From NCBI GenBank assembly GCA_052034335.1, contig JBPOIR010000010.1, positions 2,483-66,482 on the forward strand: 64,000 nt of DNA. Reading direction: 5' to 3'. Positions 46,266 to 55,152 of this stretch are shown piece after piece (the first letter of the stretch is position 1; every line of letters begins with the position of its first letter). The position numbers were made by a program, and so were the translations under genes. Below the pieces are notes generated by a model. The model was not told the origin of the DNA. It saw only the letters and a program-made list of their open reading frames with translations, and ran no database searches. Source of the DNA: Pseudomonadota bacterium. GTDB taxonomy: Bacteria; Pseudomonadota; Gammaproteobacteria; UBA6186; Azoamicaceae.

Positions 46266-47224
46266 GATTCTAAATAATCCATAATCCTCTCTTCTAACCA
46301 GTAAATGGGTTTCCAGGGATATTTGCCTGAAACAAAACCGACATGACCGCCATCCTCTGAAAATTCAAGAGATACGTGTTTCGATACTTCATGTACTTCT
46401 GGTAAGGCATTTAAGGTTGTAAACGGATCATTGCGCGCATGTAAAATAAGGGTTGGCGTTTTAATCTTGGCTAGATATTGTCGGCTACTCGATTTTTCAT
46501 AATAATCATCTGCATTTTTAAATCCATGTAGTGGCGCTGTAATGGCATTATCAAATTCCCAAAAAGTCTTTAGTTGAGTGACATCGACATGATTGATAGC
46601 AGAAGGTTTTGGCAGATCTTTAAATTTACGATGATGATAAGCAGATAATTCACGCAGTAAGTGCCATTGATAAAGTCGGGAGAAACCTGTTTTTAAATGC
46701 TCCGCTGTTTTTGCTAATTCAAAAGGGATAGAAACCGCCACGGCGGCTTTTAGGGGACTGTCTACATTACTTTCGCCGATTTCTCCCAGCCATTTTAATA
46801 GAACATTACCGCCTAAAGAATATCCGATTGCAAATAGGGGCGAGTTGGGCTCGCGATGAATTAATTCTGTAATTACAGCTTGTAAATCGCGGGTTTCTCC
46901 GGAATGGTAACTTTGTGCGAGTCGATTGGGTTCACCACTGCAACCTCGAAAGTGCATAAATACACCGCGCCATCCCCGGTTGTTGATAGCCTGTAAGATG
47001 CCTCTGGCGTAAGGTGAACCAATATTCCCGTTTAAACCATGTAGAATTAAGACACGTGGACCAAAACCGCCGCCAACCCACGCCAGATCTAAAAAATCGC
47101 CATCTGCTAATTCCAAACGTTCAGAGCGAATGGACAGTTTTATTTTAGGACGTAGCAGCGCTGCCCATAAGGTTTGAAGATGTGGATTTCGGAGCCACCA
47201 AGCGGGTTTAAATGAGTTGTGCAT
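46241..47224 (-). CDS. yheT: Alpha/beta-fold hydrolase, YheT-like
   Basis: The N-terminus is PAWWLRNPHLQTLW and the nucleophile elbow is GYSLGGN. 327 aa. Confidence 0.75.
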   Translation of the reverse strand: MHNSFKPAWWLRNPHLQTLWAALLRPKIKLSIRSERLELADGDFLDLAWVGGGFGPRVLILHGLNGNIGSPYARGILQAINNRGWRGVFMHFRGCSGEPNRLAQSYHSGETRDLQAVITELIHREPNSPLFAIGYSLGGNVLLKWLGEIGESNVDSPLKAAVAVSIPFELAKTAEHLKTGFSRLYQWHLLRELSAYHHRKFKDLPKPSAINHVDVTQLKTFWEFDNAITAPLHGFKNADDYYEKSSSRQYLAKIKTPTLILHARNDPFTTLNALPEVHEVSKHVSLEFSEDGGHVGFVSGKYPWKPIYWLEERIMDYLESYSCSGKS

Positions 47225-47387
47225 TTAATCAAAATACAGTACTCATTTGCACGTTGCAAGTTTTACTTTTGAAGAATCGAACAGGTGTATATTCGGCGCT
47301 AAAGCGCCCTATTTTTAAGAAATTTAGCTGATATACTAGTTAATGAGTACAAGGAGTTTTCATCTTATTAAGAGAGGAGTATGTGCC

Positions 47388-47588
47388 ATGGGTATTGGTG
47401 TAATTGTCAAATGGGTTGCAGTGATTTTAATCATTGTAGGTGCCCTTAACTGGGGCTTAATCGGTGCTTTTCATGTTAATGCAGTTGCAATGTTATTTGG
47501 TGATGCAAGTATGATGACGCGTGTTATTTACATGCTGGTTGGGCTTGCAGGGCTATATAAGCTTCTTCTAATAGCCACCAAAAAGTAA
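47388..47588 (+). CDS. DUF378-family small membrane protein
   Basis: GALNWGLIGAF...N.V..LFG...R.IY.LVGLAGLY pattern. The start was set at the internal Met after AGAGGAG. Confidence 0.7.
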   Translation: MGIGVIVKWVAVILIIVGALNWGLIGAFHVNAVAMLFGDASMMTRVIYMLVGLAGLYKLLLIATKK

Positions 47589-47664
47589 GTGTGATTGCAC
47601 TTAGCGTGTTTAAGCGCAAAAACTGGGGTGTTGAACACACACATCTTGAAGGAGGTGGTGTTGT

Positions 47665-47697
47665 GGTCTTAAAAGAAATAAGACCCTCAGTTTTTTT
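47665..47697 (+). terminator. Candidate rho-independent terminator
   Basis: The stem pairs GGTCTT with AAGACC (47665-47685) and is followed 5 nt later by T7. The spacing is not ideal. Confidence 0.4.
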
Positions 47698-47786
47698 GTT
47701 TTTTTTATTTCGTGAGCGTTCCTTATCCGTTATTTAACGGATATCTTTTTCATGTCATTCCCATACGATAGAAGTGTAAGTGCACA

Positions 47787-48182
47787 ATGCTTTTGGGGGT
47801 GTTCATGAAACTGAAATGCAAAGAAACGGTGAAAAGACATTTTTATCGCAATGAAGAAGACTATAGCGCATTACTAACCAAAGAAAAAGAATATGTGGTT
47901 TTAGGGATCAGTTTCAGCTATAAAAATCGCTATGTATGTCTAGAAACAAATGATGAATTGCCTGCCTTGTTAGATATTAGACAATTTGAAGTGGTTTCAA
48001 ATTATGTTCCTTCTCGATGGACGGTTCGGTATACACGGGAACGCGATCAGCTGAGTTTTTTTCCTCAAAGTTGGGTTGAATCGGAATCTTTTTGGCGTGG
48101 TCTTTTTCAAAAACAAGAATGGGAGATCTTTGGATTGTATCAAAGGGAGCGCGATTTAATCTTTGAGGAGGAGCCGAGTTAA
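47787..48182 (+). CDS. Hypothetical protein
   Basis: 131-aa ORF with no recognised motifs. Confidence 0.45.
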   Translation: MLLGVFMKLKCKETVKRHFYRNEEDYSALLTKEKEYVVLGISFSYKNRYVCLETNDELPALLDIRQFEVVSNYVPSRWTVRYTRERDQLSFFPQSWVESESFWRGLFQKQEWEIFGLYQRERDLIFEEEPS

Positions 48183-48403
48183 TTTCTTGCATGTTCCCGG
48201 GTCGCTTAACAATCACCCCCTGTGGTTGTTAAGCAAGGGTTGGGCATCCTGCCCTTACTACTTCCTTGCAGCAGTTTAGTCCCTTATTTCCTTCTCAAAT
48301 CCATTCGCACCAGTCTATCTTTGAGCGTGTTGAAAACAAATACGTGATTGACCCTGCACGGTGTAAGCATTTAACCATATGATTGTAGATAGGTTAGCGA
48401 ACT

Positions 48404-49252
48404 TTATTGAGTAAAGTGTATAGATGGCCTATATTTTTTCCAGTCCTGAAAAGACTTCTTAACAATAGGGTAACTGGAATGAACGGATACTGTTGAAAAG
48501 AAAAGAAACACAATAAAAAAGATAAAGGCCTTTATTTTAAATTGTCTGATAATACGGGGTTCTGGTATAGCGGATATAATACAATTTTGATTTCGAACTA
48601 AACCTTCTTTTGACAAGAGGTTGCAGCTAGAAAGATTGTTTTGAGCTAGATAACTCTTTAATAATAGCGTGTCTTGAATGCGCGGATCTGTTGATGATAA
48701 GGTGCAGAACATACCGGAAGTGTAGATTGGTGCATCAAATTCCAAACGATATTCCGTATAACGGTAAGGACCCCAGCTGTCCCAAAAAAGCCATCGTAAA
48801 AAAGAAGTTGAAGGTGGACTTGGGATTCGTGTGTGACCTCGCCAAGAGATCCCTTGCGTGGGCATAATTTCGGCTCCCCACGGCTGGATAACGCATTCCC
48901 CCGTTCCATCGTCTAATAAAAAAGGATCATGAGACATGTCCTGATCGAGTAGACGCCAACTTGCGTTGGTTTGTGTGGGAGTTCTGATAGTTTGAAATAT
49001 TTCAATCGTGTATCGGTACCAGGCACAGGGTTTTTGCGTTAGTTTGCCTATCGTCGGGTGAGTCGTTAATAATGGTTGTGCTGTTCCTTTTAATTCTACG
49101 TAGCCTTGTGCTGCAGAACGAATTTTAGAGGTTGGAGAATCTTCGATATTTCTGGCAGCTTTGATAAAATAGATTGCGTAATAAAAACAAAGCAGCGCAA
49201 AAAAAATGGGCAGACAGACAAAAATAAGGGTTAATATAGTATCCAGATCCAT
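48404..49252 (-). CDS. Two-TM membrane protein, possibly GIDE-domain-like, translationally coupled to lemA
   Basis: It has N- and C-terminal hydrophobic helices. An AAQGYVELKGTAQPL segment follows TM1. Its start overlaps the lemA stop (TAATG). Confidence 0.45.
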   Translation of the reverse strand: MDLDTILTLIFVCLPIFFALLCFYYAIYFIKAARNIEDSPTSKIRSAAQGYVELKGTAQPLLTTHPTIGKLTQKPCAWYRYTIEIFQTIRTPTQTNASWRLLDQDMSHDPFLLDDGTGECVIQPWGAEIMPTQGISWRGHTRIPSPPSTSFLRWLFWDSWGPYRYTEYRLEFDAPIYTSGMFCTLSSTDPRIQDTLLLKSYLAQNNLSSCNLLSKEGLVRNQNCIISAIPEPRIIRQFKIKAFIFFIVFLFFSTVSVHSSYPIVKKSFQDWKKYRPSIHFTQ

Positions 49253-49824
49253 TAGGTTTTAAACTGTTTTTCTATACCAACATCTTGTATTTCAGTTTCG
49301 TTAAATTTTAACAAATCGAATGCACTAAAGTGAAAGGCGCGTGCTACCAAGATGTCTGGAAATTGTTGGATACGGATATTATTGAGATTAACGCTATCAT
49401 TATAAAATTCGCGCCGATCGGCAATGGTAGATTCTAACTCGCTGATCCGTTCTTGTAATCGTTGGAAAGACTCATTCGTTTTAAGATTTGGATAATTTTC
49501 TGCTAAAGCAAATAATTGGGTTAAGCCAGTTTTTAAAGAATTTTCTGCTTGTCCGAGTGCAATCAAATCTCTTGCGTCGCTAGCAGAGAGAGCAGCTTTC
49601 CTGGCGACTACAATTTTTTCCAAGGTGTCTTTTTCGTATGCCATGTATTCTTTACAGGTATCAATTAATTTAGGTAATTCGCTATAGCGTTGTTTCAAAA
49701 GCACGTCAATATTAGACCAGTTTTTAGAGACATTATTTTTAAGTGAAATGAGGTTGTTATAAATAACGATAAGATAAGTAAATAAGGCAAATACGCATGC
49801 AATAAGAATGGCGAATAATAACAT
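49252..49824 (-). CDS. lemA: LemA family protein
   Basis: 190 aa. An N-terminal TM helix is followed by YNNLISLKNNVSKNWSNIDVLLKQRYSELP and NLKTNESFQRLQ..I...E..IA..R..YN. Confidence 0.85.
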   Translation of the reverse strand: MLLFAILIACVFALFTYLIVIYNNLISLKNNVSKNWSNIDVLLKQRYSELPKLIDTCKEYMAYEKDTLEKIVVARKAALSASDARDLIALGQAENSLKTGLTQLFALAENYPNLKTNESFQRLQERISELESTIADRREFYNDSVNLNNIRIQQFPDILVARAFHFSAFDLLKFNETEIQDVGIEKQFKT

Positions 49825-49969
49825 AGTTGGTTCCTTGGCTTGTTTGTCCTGATCTTTGTATCGCTGCCTTTAATTTTATGCGGGGATTGCTGTTTTGTCA
49901 CTGTATGTTTGTTATCGTATTTACCAAAGGGTAAAATGGTCGAAGTAAGAGTAGAGTAGGAACAGTCAG

Positions 49970-50497
49970 ATGCGTTTATGTAAGTTTATTAGCTTTTTTG
50001 TGTTGATGTGTTTATTTTCGGGATTTCTGTTTGCCAAAGAGATCCAAGTGGCGATCAAAATGGTCGATATCACCGTCGAAAAGACAGCAGATAGGCGTGT
50101 AGACGATTTATTTTTCAATATTAGACAAGATTCTAATTTGAAAGGCGATAGTGAAAGTCGGATACCCGAATATCCAAAACACTGGCTTTCTAAACAATTG
50201 TCTAGCCTTAAAAATGTTGTACTGTGGGATGGAAAGATAGAGCAGGGTGAAAGCCTTAAATTGGTTTTGTCTTTGATGGAGCAAGATTTTCCACCTTGGG
50301 ATCCCGATGATGCAATAGGTGCAGCAGAAGTAAGTTTACTAAATCAAAATGGGCGATTGAAAATCCAGTGGGGAGTACCTAAATTTGAGAAAAATAATCA
50401 AGAAGTTGAAATGCTAAAACGTGCTGTGCCTCAACGGTATATATTCAAGGGAGCCGGTTCGCGCTATGATGTCGCATTTAGCGTGGAACAAAAATAA
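49970..50497 (+). CDS. Secreted hypothetical protein
   Basis: N-terminal signal peptide (FISFFVLMCLFSGFLFA). No family recognised. Confidence 0.5.
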   Translation: MRLCKFISFFVLMCLFSGFLFAKEIQVAIKMVDITVEKTADRRVDDLFFNIRQDSNLKGDSESRIPEYPKHWLSKQLSSLKNVVLWDGKIEQGESLKLVLSLMEQDFPPWDPDDAIGAAEVSLLNQNGRLKIQWGVPKFEKNNQEVEMLKRAVPQRYIFKGAGSRYDVAFSVEQK

Positions 50498-50498
50498 C

Positions 50499-51077
50499 AT
50501 GGAAATTGATGTAACAACAGGCATGTTGAGCGATGTACGATATGTGCCTTCACCGAATTCTAATGAACGTCCAATCGATACAGTCATCGATCTTCTGGTT
50601 GTCCATAATATCAGTTTGCCGCCAGGTGAATTTGGTGGGCCACATATTGATGCTTTGTTTACAAATGCGTTAGATCCATCACTTCATCCCTATTTTGCAG
50701 AGATTGCGGGTTTGGAAGTATCGAGCCATTGTTTGATTCGGCGTGATGGCGAGATTGTTCAATATGTTCCTTTTAACAAACGTGCATGGCATGCGGGAGA
50801 TTCTTATTTTGAGGGACGTGAAAATTGTAATGACTTTTCGATTGGTATTGAATTAGAAGGTACAGATGAAATACCCTATACGCCGATCCAATATACGGTT
50901 TTAGCAGATTTGGTTGCTTTGTTAAAAAAGACATATCCAGAGATAACAGAGAATCGGATTGTGGGGCATAGTACAATTGCGCCAATGCGAAAAACAGATC
51001 CGGGTTCTGTTTTTGATTGGAATTTGTTGGCAGCGCTTAGCATGAAGACAGAGCACAGTGGGGAAAATAATGCGTGA
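50499..51077 (+). CDS. ampD: 1,6-anhydro-N-acetylmuramyl-L-alanine amidase AmpD
   Basis: SPNSNERP, LLVVHNISLPPGEFGG, RAWHAG, FSIGIELEG and VGHS.IAP.RKTDPG are present. The start was set at MEIDVTTG, immediately after the upstream stop. Confidence 0.85.
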   Translation: MEIDVTTGMLSDVRYVPSPNSNERPIDTVIDLLVVHNISLPPGEFGGPHIDALFTNALDPSLHPYFAEIAGLEVSSHCLIRRDGEIVQYVPFNKRAWHAGDSYFEGRENCNDFSIGIELEGTDEIPYTPIQYTVLADLVALLKKTYPEITENRIVGHSTIAPMRKTDPGSVFDWNLLAALSMKTEHSGENNA

Positions 51078-53748
51078 TGATTATAAGAGTGACGATATTG
51101 ATAGCATAGAGACACAAGAGTGGCTAGATGCATTAGCTTCTGTATTAGCAGCAGAAGGGAAAGAACGCGCCCAGTTTTTACTAAAAGAACTCACTACAAA
51201 AGCATTGGCAATGGGATGTTCGGTTGCAGAAGGGGTTCACTCGCCTTACGTTAATACGATTCCAACGGATCAAGAAGCTAAAATTCCGGGTGATGCTGCA
51301 ATGGAGCGGCGTATTCGCTCTTTAATTCGTTGGAACGCGGTCGCTATGGTTGTGCGTGCTGGAAAAGGAAAAGTAGATCCAGATTTGGGGGGGCATATTG
51401 GTACTTTTGCTTCTTCGGCAACCTTATATGATGTCGGATTTAATCATTTTTGGCGGGCGGCCAACGAGAATCAGAACGGCGATTTACTTTATATACAAGG
51501 CCATTCATCTCCGGGGATCTATGCACGATCTTATTTGGAAGGCGTATTGTCTGAATCACAGATCAGTAATTTTAGGCAAGAAGTAGAGGGTATCGGCATT
51601 TCTTCCTATCCTCACCCTTGGTTAATGCGGGAATATTGGCAATTTCCAACGGTTTCGATGGGATTAGGACCCATGCAAGCCATTTTTCAAGCACGATTTA
51701 TGCGGTATTTAGAAGCCAGAGGCTTGGAAAAAAAATCGGGGCGTAAAGTATGGTGTTTTTGTGGCGATGGTGAAATGGATGAACCTGAATCTTTGGGTTC
51801 GATAGGACTTGCTGCACGTGAAAAATTAGACAATTTAGTTTTTGTGGTGAATTGTAATTTACAACGATTAGATGGGCCGGTGCGTGGAAACGGAAAAATC
51901 ATTCAAGAATTAGAATCTGTTTTTAAAGGCGCAGGTTGGAATGTTATTAAAGTGATTTGGGGCGACTTGTGGGATCCTTTATTAGCGAAAGATAAAAGTG
52001 GATTGCTTCTAAAGCGGATGGAAGAAGTGGTAGATGGTGAGTACCAAAACTATAAAGCGCATGGTGGCGCTTATACACGAGAAAACTTTTTTGGAAAATA
52101 TCCAGAACTCAAAGAACTTGTTGCCGATATGAGTGATGACGATATTTGGCGTTTAAATCGGGGTGGGCACGATGCACAAAAAGTCTACGCTGCTTATAAA
52201 GCCGCTTCTGAATGCGTAGGAAAACCAACAGTGATTTTAGCCAAAACCGTAAAAGGTTATGGATTAGGTGATGCCGGTGAAGCGCGGAATATTGCGCATA
52301 ATTTGAAGAAAATGACACCAGAACAATTAAAAGAGTTTAGAGATCGTTTTGATATTCCTATACCGGATGAGCAAATAGCAGAGGTGCCATTTTATAGACC
52401 GAGTGAAGATAGTCCATTAATACAATACATGTTGGCACAGCGAAAAGCGTTAGGCGGATTTTTGCCGCATCGCCGAACAGAAGCGGACGAAAACTTAGAG
52501 ATCCCACCACTTTCCATTTTTGAGACATTATTGAAGGGGACAGGCGAGAGAAAAATTTCTACAACCACGGTTTTTGTCCGATTATTAACGGCTTTATGCA
52601 AAGATAAAGCGGTTGGACAAAGAGTGGTTCCTATCGTGCCAGACGAAGCACGAACTTTTGGTATGGAAGGCTTGTTTCGTCAATTGGGGATTTATTCTCC
52701 TGTGGGGCAGTTATACCAGCCGGTCGATTCGGAACAAGTGATGTATTACAAAGAATCCAAAGATGGTCAAATTTTGGAAGAAGGTCTTAACGAAGCAGGA
52801 TCTTTTTGTTCATGGTTAGCGGCAGCAACTGCTTATAGTACGCACAATAAAATTATGCTGCCTTTTTATATTTTTTATTCCATGTTTGGTTTTCAGCGTA
52901 TTGGAGATTTTGCTTGGGCAGCAGGGGATTCGCGAGCAAGAGGTTTTTTAATTGGCGGTACTGCCGGGCGTACAACTTTAAACGGGGAAGGATTACAACA
53001 TGAGGATGGTCATAGCCATATTCTGGCCAATACCATTCCCAATTGTATTTCTTATGATCCGACTTTTTCTTATGAATTGGCGGTGATTATTCATAATGGC
53101 TTGCATCGCATGGTGACGCTGAAAGAAAGTATTTTTTATTATATAACCACCATGAACGAAAATTACGAACATCCGGATATGCCAGAAGGTGTTGCAGCCG
53201 GTATTTTGAAAGGACTCTATCGTTTTAAAAAATCGGAAAAACCGGCATCAAAGCAACGTGTTCAGTTGTTAGGTTCAGGCACTATTTTAAGAGAAGTCAT
53301 TGAAGCAGCAAAATTATTAGAAAAAGATTTTGATGTGGCTACAGATATTTGGAGTGCGCCTAGTTTTAATCTTTTAGGGCGTGATGGTTTAGAGGTGGAA
53401 CGTTGGAATCGATTGCATCCATTGGAAACACCGAAAGTGCCTTATATTACAAGTTGTTTAGCAGACACCGCCGGTCCTGTGATTGCTGCAACCGATTATA
53501 TTAAACAATATGCTGAACAGGTTCGTGCCTTTATACCACGGGCTTATGTTGTGTTAGGGACAGATGGCTTTGGGCGAAGCGATACTCGACAACAGTTGCG
53601 TCGTTTTTTTGAAGTCGATCGTTACTATGTTGCAGTTTCGGCTTTAAAAGCGTTGGCAGACGAAGGTCTCATTGCGAAAGAATTGGTCGTCAAAGCGATG
53701 CAACAATATCAGATCAATCCGGATAAACCAAATCCGCTATCGGTCTAA
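51070..53748 (+). CDS. aceE: Pyruvate dehydrogenase E1 component (homodimeric type)
   Basis: About 890 aa. The N-terminus contains DSIETQEWLDAL, and the length and motifs are typical of AceE. Confidence 0.9.
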   Translation: MRDDYKSDDIDSIETQEWLDALASVLAAEGKERAQFLLKELTTKALAMGCSVAEGVHSPYVNTIPTDQEAKIPGDAAMERRIRSLIRWNAVAMVVRAGKGKVDPDLGGHIGTFASSATLYDVGFNHFWRAANENQNGDLLYIQGHSSPGIYARSYLEGVLSESQISNFRQEVEGIGISSYPHPWLMREYWQFPTVSMGLGPMQAIFQARFMRYLEARGLEKKSGRKVWCFCGDGEMDEPESLGSIGLAAREKLDNLVFVVNCNLQRLDGPVRGNGKIIQELESVFKGAGWNVIKVIWGDLWDPLLAKDKSGLLLKRMEEVVDGEYQNYKAHGGAYTRENFFGKYPELKELVADMSDDDIWRLNRGGHDAQKVYAAYKAASECVGKPTVILAKTVKGYGLGDAGEARNIAHNLKKMTPEQLKEFRDRFDIPIPDEQIAEVPFYRPSEDSPLIQYMLAQRKALGGFLPHRRTEADENLEIPPLSIFETLLKGTGERKISTTTVFVRLLTALCKDKAVGQRVVPIVPDEARTFGMEGLFRQLGIYSPVGQLYQPVDSEQVMYYKESKDGQILEEGLNEAGSFCSWLAAATAYSTHNKIMLPFYIFYSMFGFQRIGDFAWAAGDSRARGFLIGGTAGRTTLNGEGLQHEDGHSHILANTIPNCISYDPTFSYELAVIIHNGLHRMVTLKESIFYYITTMNENYEHPDMPEGVAAGILKGLYRFKKSEKPASKQRVQLLGSGTILREVIEAAKLLEKDFDVATDIWSAPSFNLLGRDGLEVERWNRLHPLETPKVPYITSCLADTAGPVIAATDYIKQYAEQVRAFIPRAYVVLGTDGFGRSDTRQQLRRFFEVDRYYVAVSALKALADEGLIAKELVVKAMQQYQINPDKPNPLSV

Positions 53749-53767
53749 AATTATAGGGTAAAAATAT

Positions 53768-55138
53768 ATGCTAAAAGAAGTTTTAGTTCCAGACATCGGT
53801 TCTTATTCAAATGTCGATATTATTGAAATATCGGTTGCAGTTGGCGACCTGATTAAAGCAGATGAAACATTAATGATCTTGGAAACAGAAAAAGCAACGT
53901 TAGAAGTGCCAGCGCCGTTTGCGGGTGTCGTAAAAACAGTGCATGTTAAAGTCGGTGATAAAGTCTCTGAAGGCAGTTTGATTGTAACGCTAGATATAGG
54001 GGAGGACCTCAGTAATCGCCCAGCAGAAATCCCCCCCGTTTCCCCTTTGTCAAAGGGGGGAGTAACGACAGAGAAACCGACAGACAAAGACACATCTGTA
54101 GGGGCGGACCGCCGTGTCCGCCCTGCGTCAGAATTAGAACCAACCTCTATTAACGCACAAAACATTCCTCCTAGCCCCACATCCCCCCCAACCCCCCTTC
54201 AAAGGGGGGAGTTTTCAAAGGGGGGAATTGTACATGCGGGACCGGGTGTGCGGCGCTTCGCCAGGGAATTAGGCGCTGATCTTTCGCGAATCGGTGGATC
54301 AGGTCCTAAAAATCGTATTTTAAAAGCAGATGTTCAAATATACATTAAAAGCATGCTGTCTCAGATCCAATCTGGGAACATCCCTCCCGGTGGTGGTGGG
54401 ATCTCGGTTGCACCCTGGCCGCAGGTAGATTTTGCAAAATTTGGTGAAGTTTCCAAAGAGCCATTGTCGCGTATTAAAAAATTATCGGGTTCTTTTTTGC
54501 ATCGCAATTGGGTGATGGTACCGCATATTACACAATTTGATGAAGCAGATATTACAGAATTAGAGCAGTTTCGTAAGGCGCAACAATCGTTAGCAGAAGC
54601 ACAGGGTGTTAAATTAACGCCCTTGGTTTTTATTATGAAGGCAGTTGTTGCAACCTTGAAGGAGTTTCCTTGGTTTAATGCTTCTTTGGATGCAAATGGT
54701 GTTGAACTGATTTTAAAAAAATACTTTCATATGGGTGTTGCTGTCGATACGCCGAATGGTTTAGTCGTACCCGTGGTGCGCGATGTGGATCAAAAGGGCT
54801 TATTTCAATTAGCGAAAGAATTGGGTGAGATAAGCCAAAAAGCACGGGCTGGGCAATTAACCGCGCAAGAAATGCAAGGCAGTTCTTTTACGATTTCCAG
54901 TTTAGGGGGGATTGGCGGGACGGCGTTTACACCTATTATTAATGTGCCCGATGTTGCCATTTTAGGTGTTTCAAAGGCGCAAATAAAACCCGTTTATGAA
55001 TCAGGAGAATTTAAACCCCGTCTCTTATTGCCTTTGTCTTTGTCGTATGATCATCGCGTTATTGATGGCGCGCTAGGCGCACGTTTTATAACATTTTTAG
55101 TCAAACAATTATCGGATATTCGTCGATTGTTGTTATAG
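53768..55138 (+). CDS. aceF: Dihydrolipoamide acetyltransferase E2 (single lipoyl domain)
   Basis: The lipoyl domain has ILETEKATLEVPAP, the E3-binding domain has HAGPGVRRFARELGADL, and the catalytic domain has SYDHRVIDGA. Confidence 0.9.
   Translation: MLKEVLVPDIGSYSNVDIIEISVAVGDLIKADETLMILETEKATLEVPAPFAGVVKTVHVKVGDKVSEGSLIVTLDIGEDLSNRPAEIPPVSPLSKGGVTTEKPTDKDTSVGADRRVRPASELEPTSINAQNIPPSPTSPPTPLQRGEFSKGGIVHAGPGVRRFARELGADLSRIGGSGPKNRILKADVQIYIKSMLSQIQSGNIPPGGGGISVAPWPQVDFAKFGEVSKEPLSRIKKLSGSFLHRNWVMVPHITQFDEADITELEQFRKAQQSLAEAQGVKLTPLVFIMKAVVATLKEFPWFNASLDANGVELILKKYFHMGVAVDTPNGLVVPVVRDVDQKGLFQLAKELGEISQKARAGQLTAQEMQGSSFTISSLGGIGGTAFTPIINVPDVAILGVSKAQIKPVYESGEFKPRLLLPLSLSYDHRVIDGALGARFITFLVKQLSDIRRLLL
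54030..54230 (+). repeat. GC-rich palindromic repeat block forming the aceF lipoyl-PSBD linker in frame
   Basis: Hairpins are CCCCTTTG-t-CAAAGGGG (~54042-54058), GGGCGGAC-cgccgt-GTCCGCCC (54102-54123) and CCCCCCTT-ca-AAGGGGGG (~54192-54209). A further half-copy TCAAAGGGGGG lies at ~54215. A direct repeat ...CAAAGGGGGGAGT marks both ends. Confidence 0.75.
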
Positions 55139-55152
55139 AGGAGAGTTTTACC

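Noticed and set aside
48204..48234. 9-bp-stem hairpin GCTTAACAA...TTGTTAAGC between convergent genes, as a possible terminator
   Set aside because: It has a 13-nt loop and no U-tract on either side. That is not enough evidence for a terminator or an sRNA.
50421..50498. Upstream start for ampD overlapping the previous gene by 77 nt
   Set aside because: The conserved AmpD sequence begins after the Met at 50499, which sits right after the upstream stop codon. The extension is probably not translated.
53803..54180. 125-aa antisense ORF inside aceF
   Set aside because: It lies opposite a well-supported aceF reading frame and partly within the GC-rich palindromic block. It is not credible as a gene.
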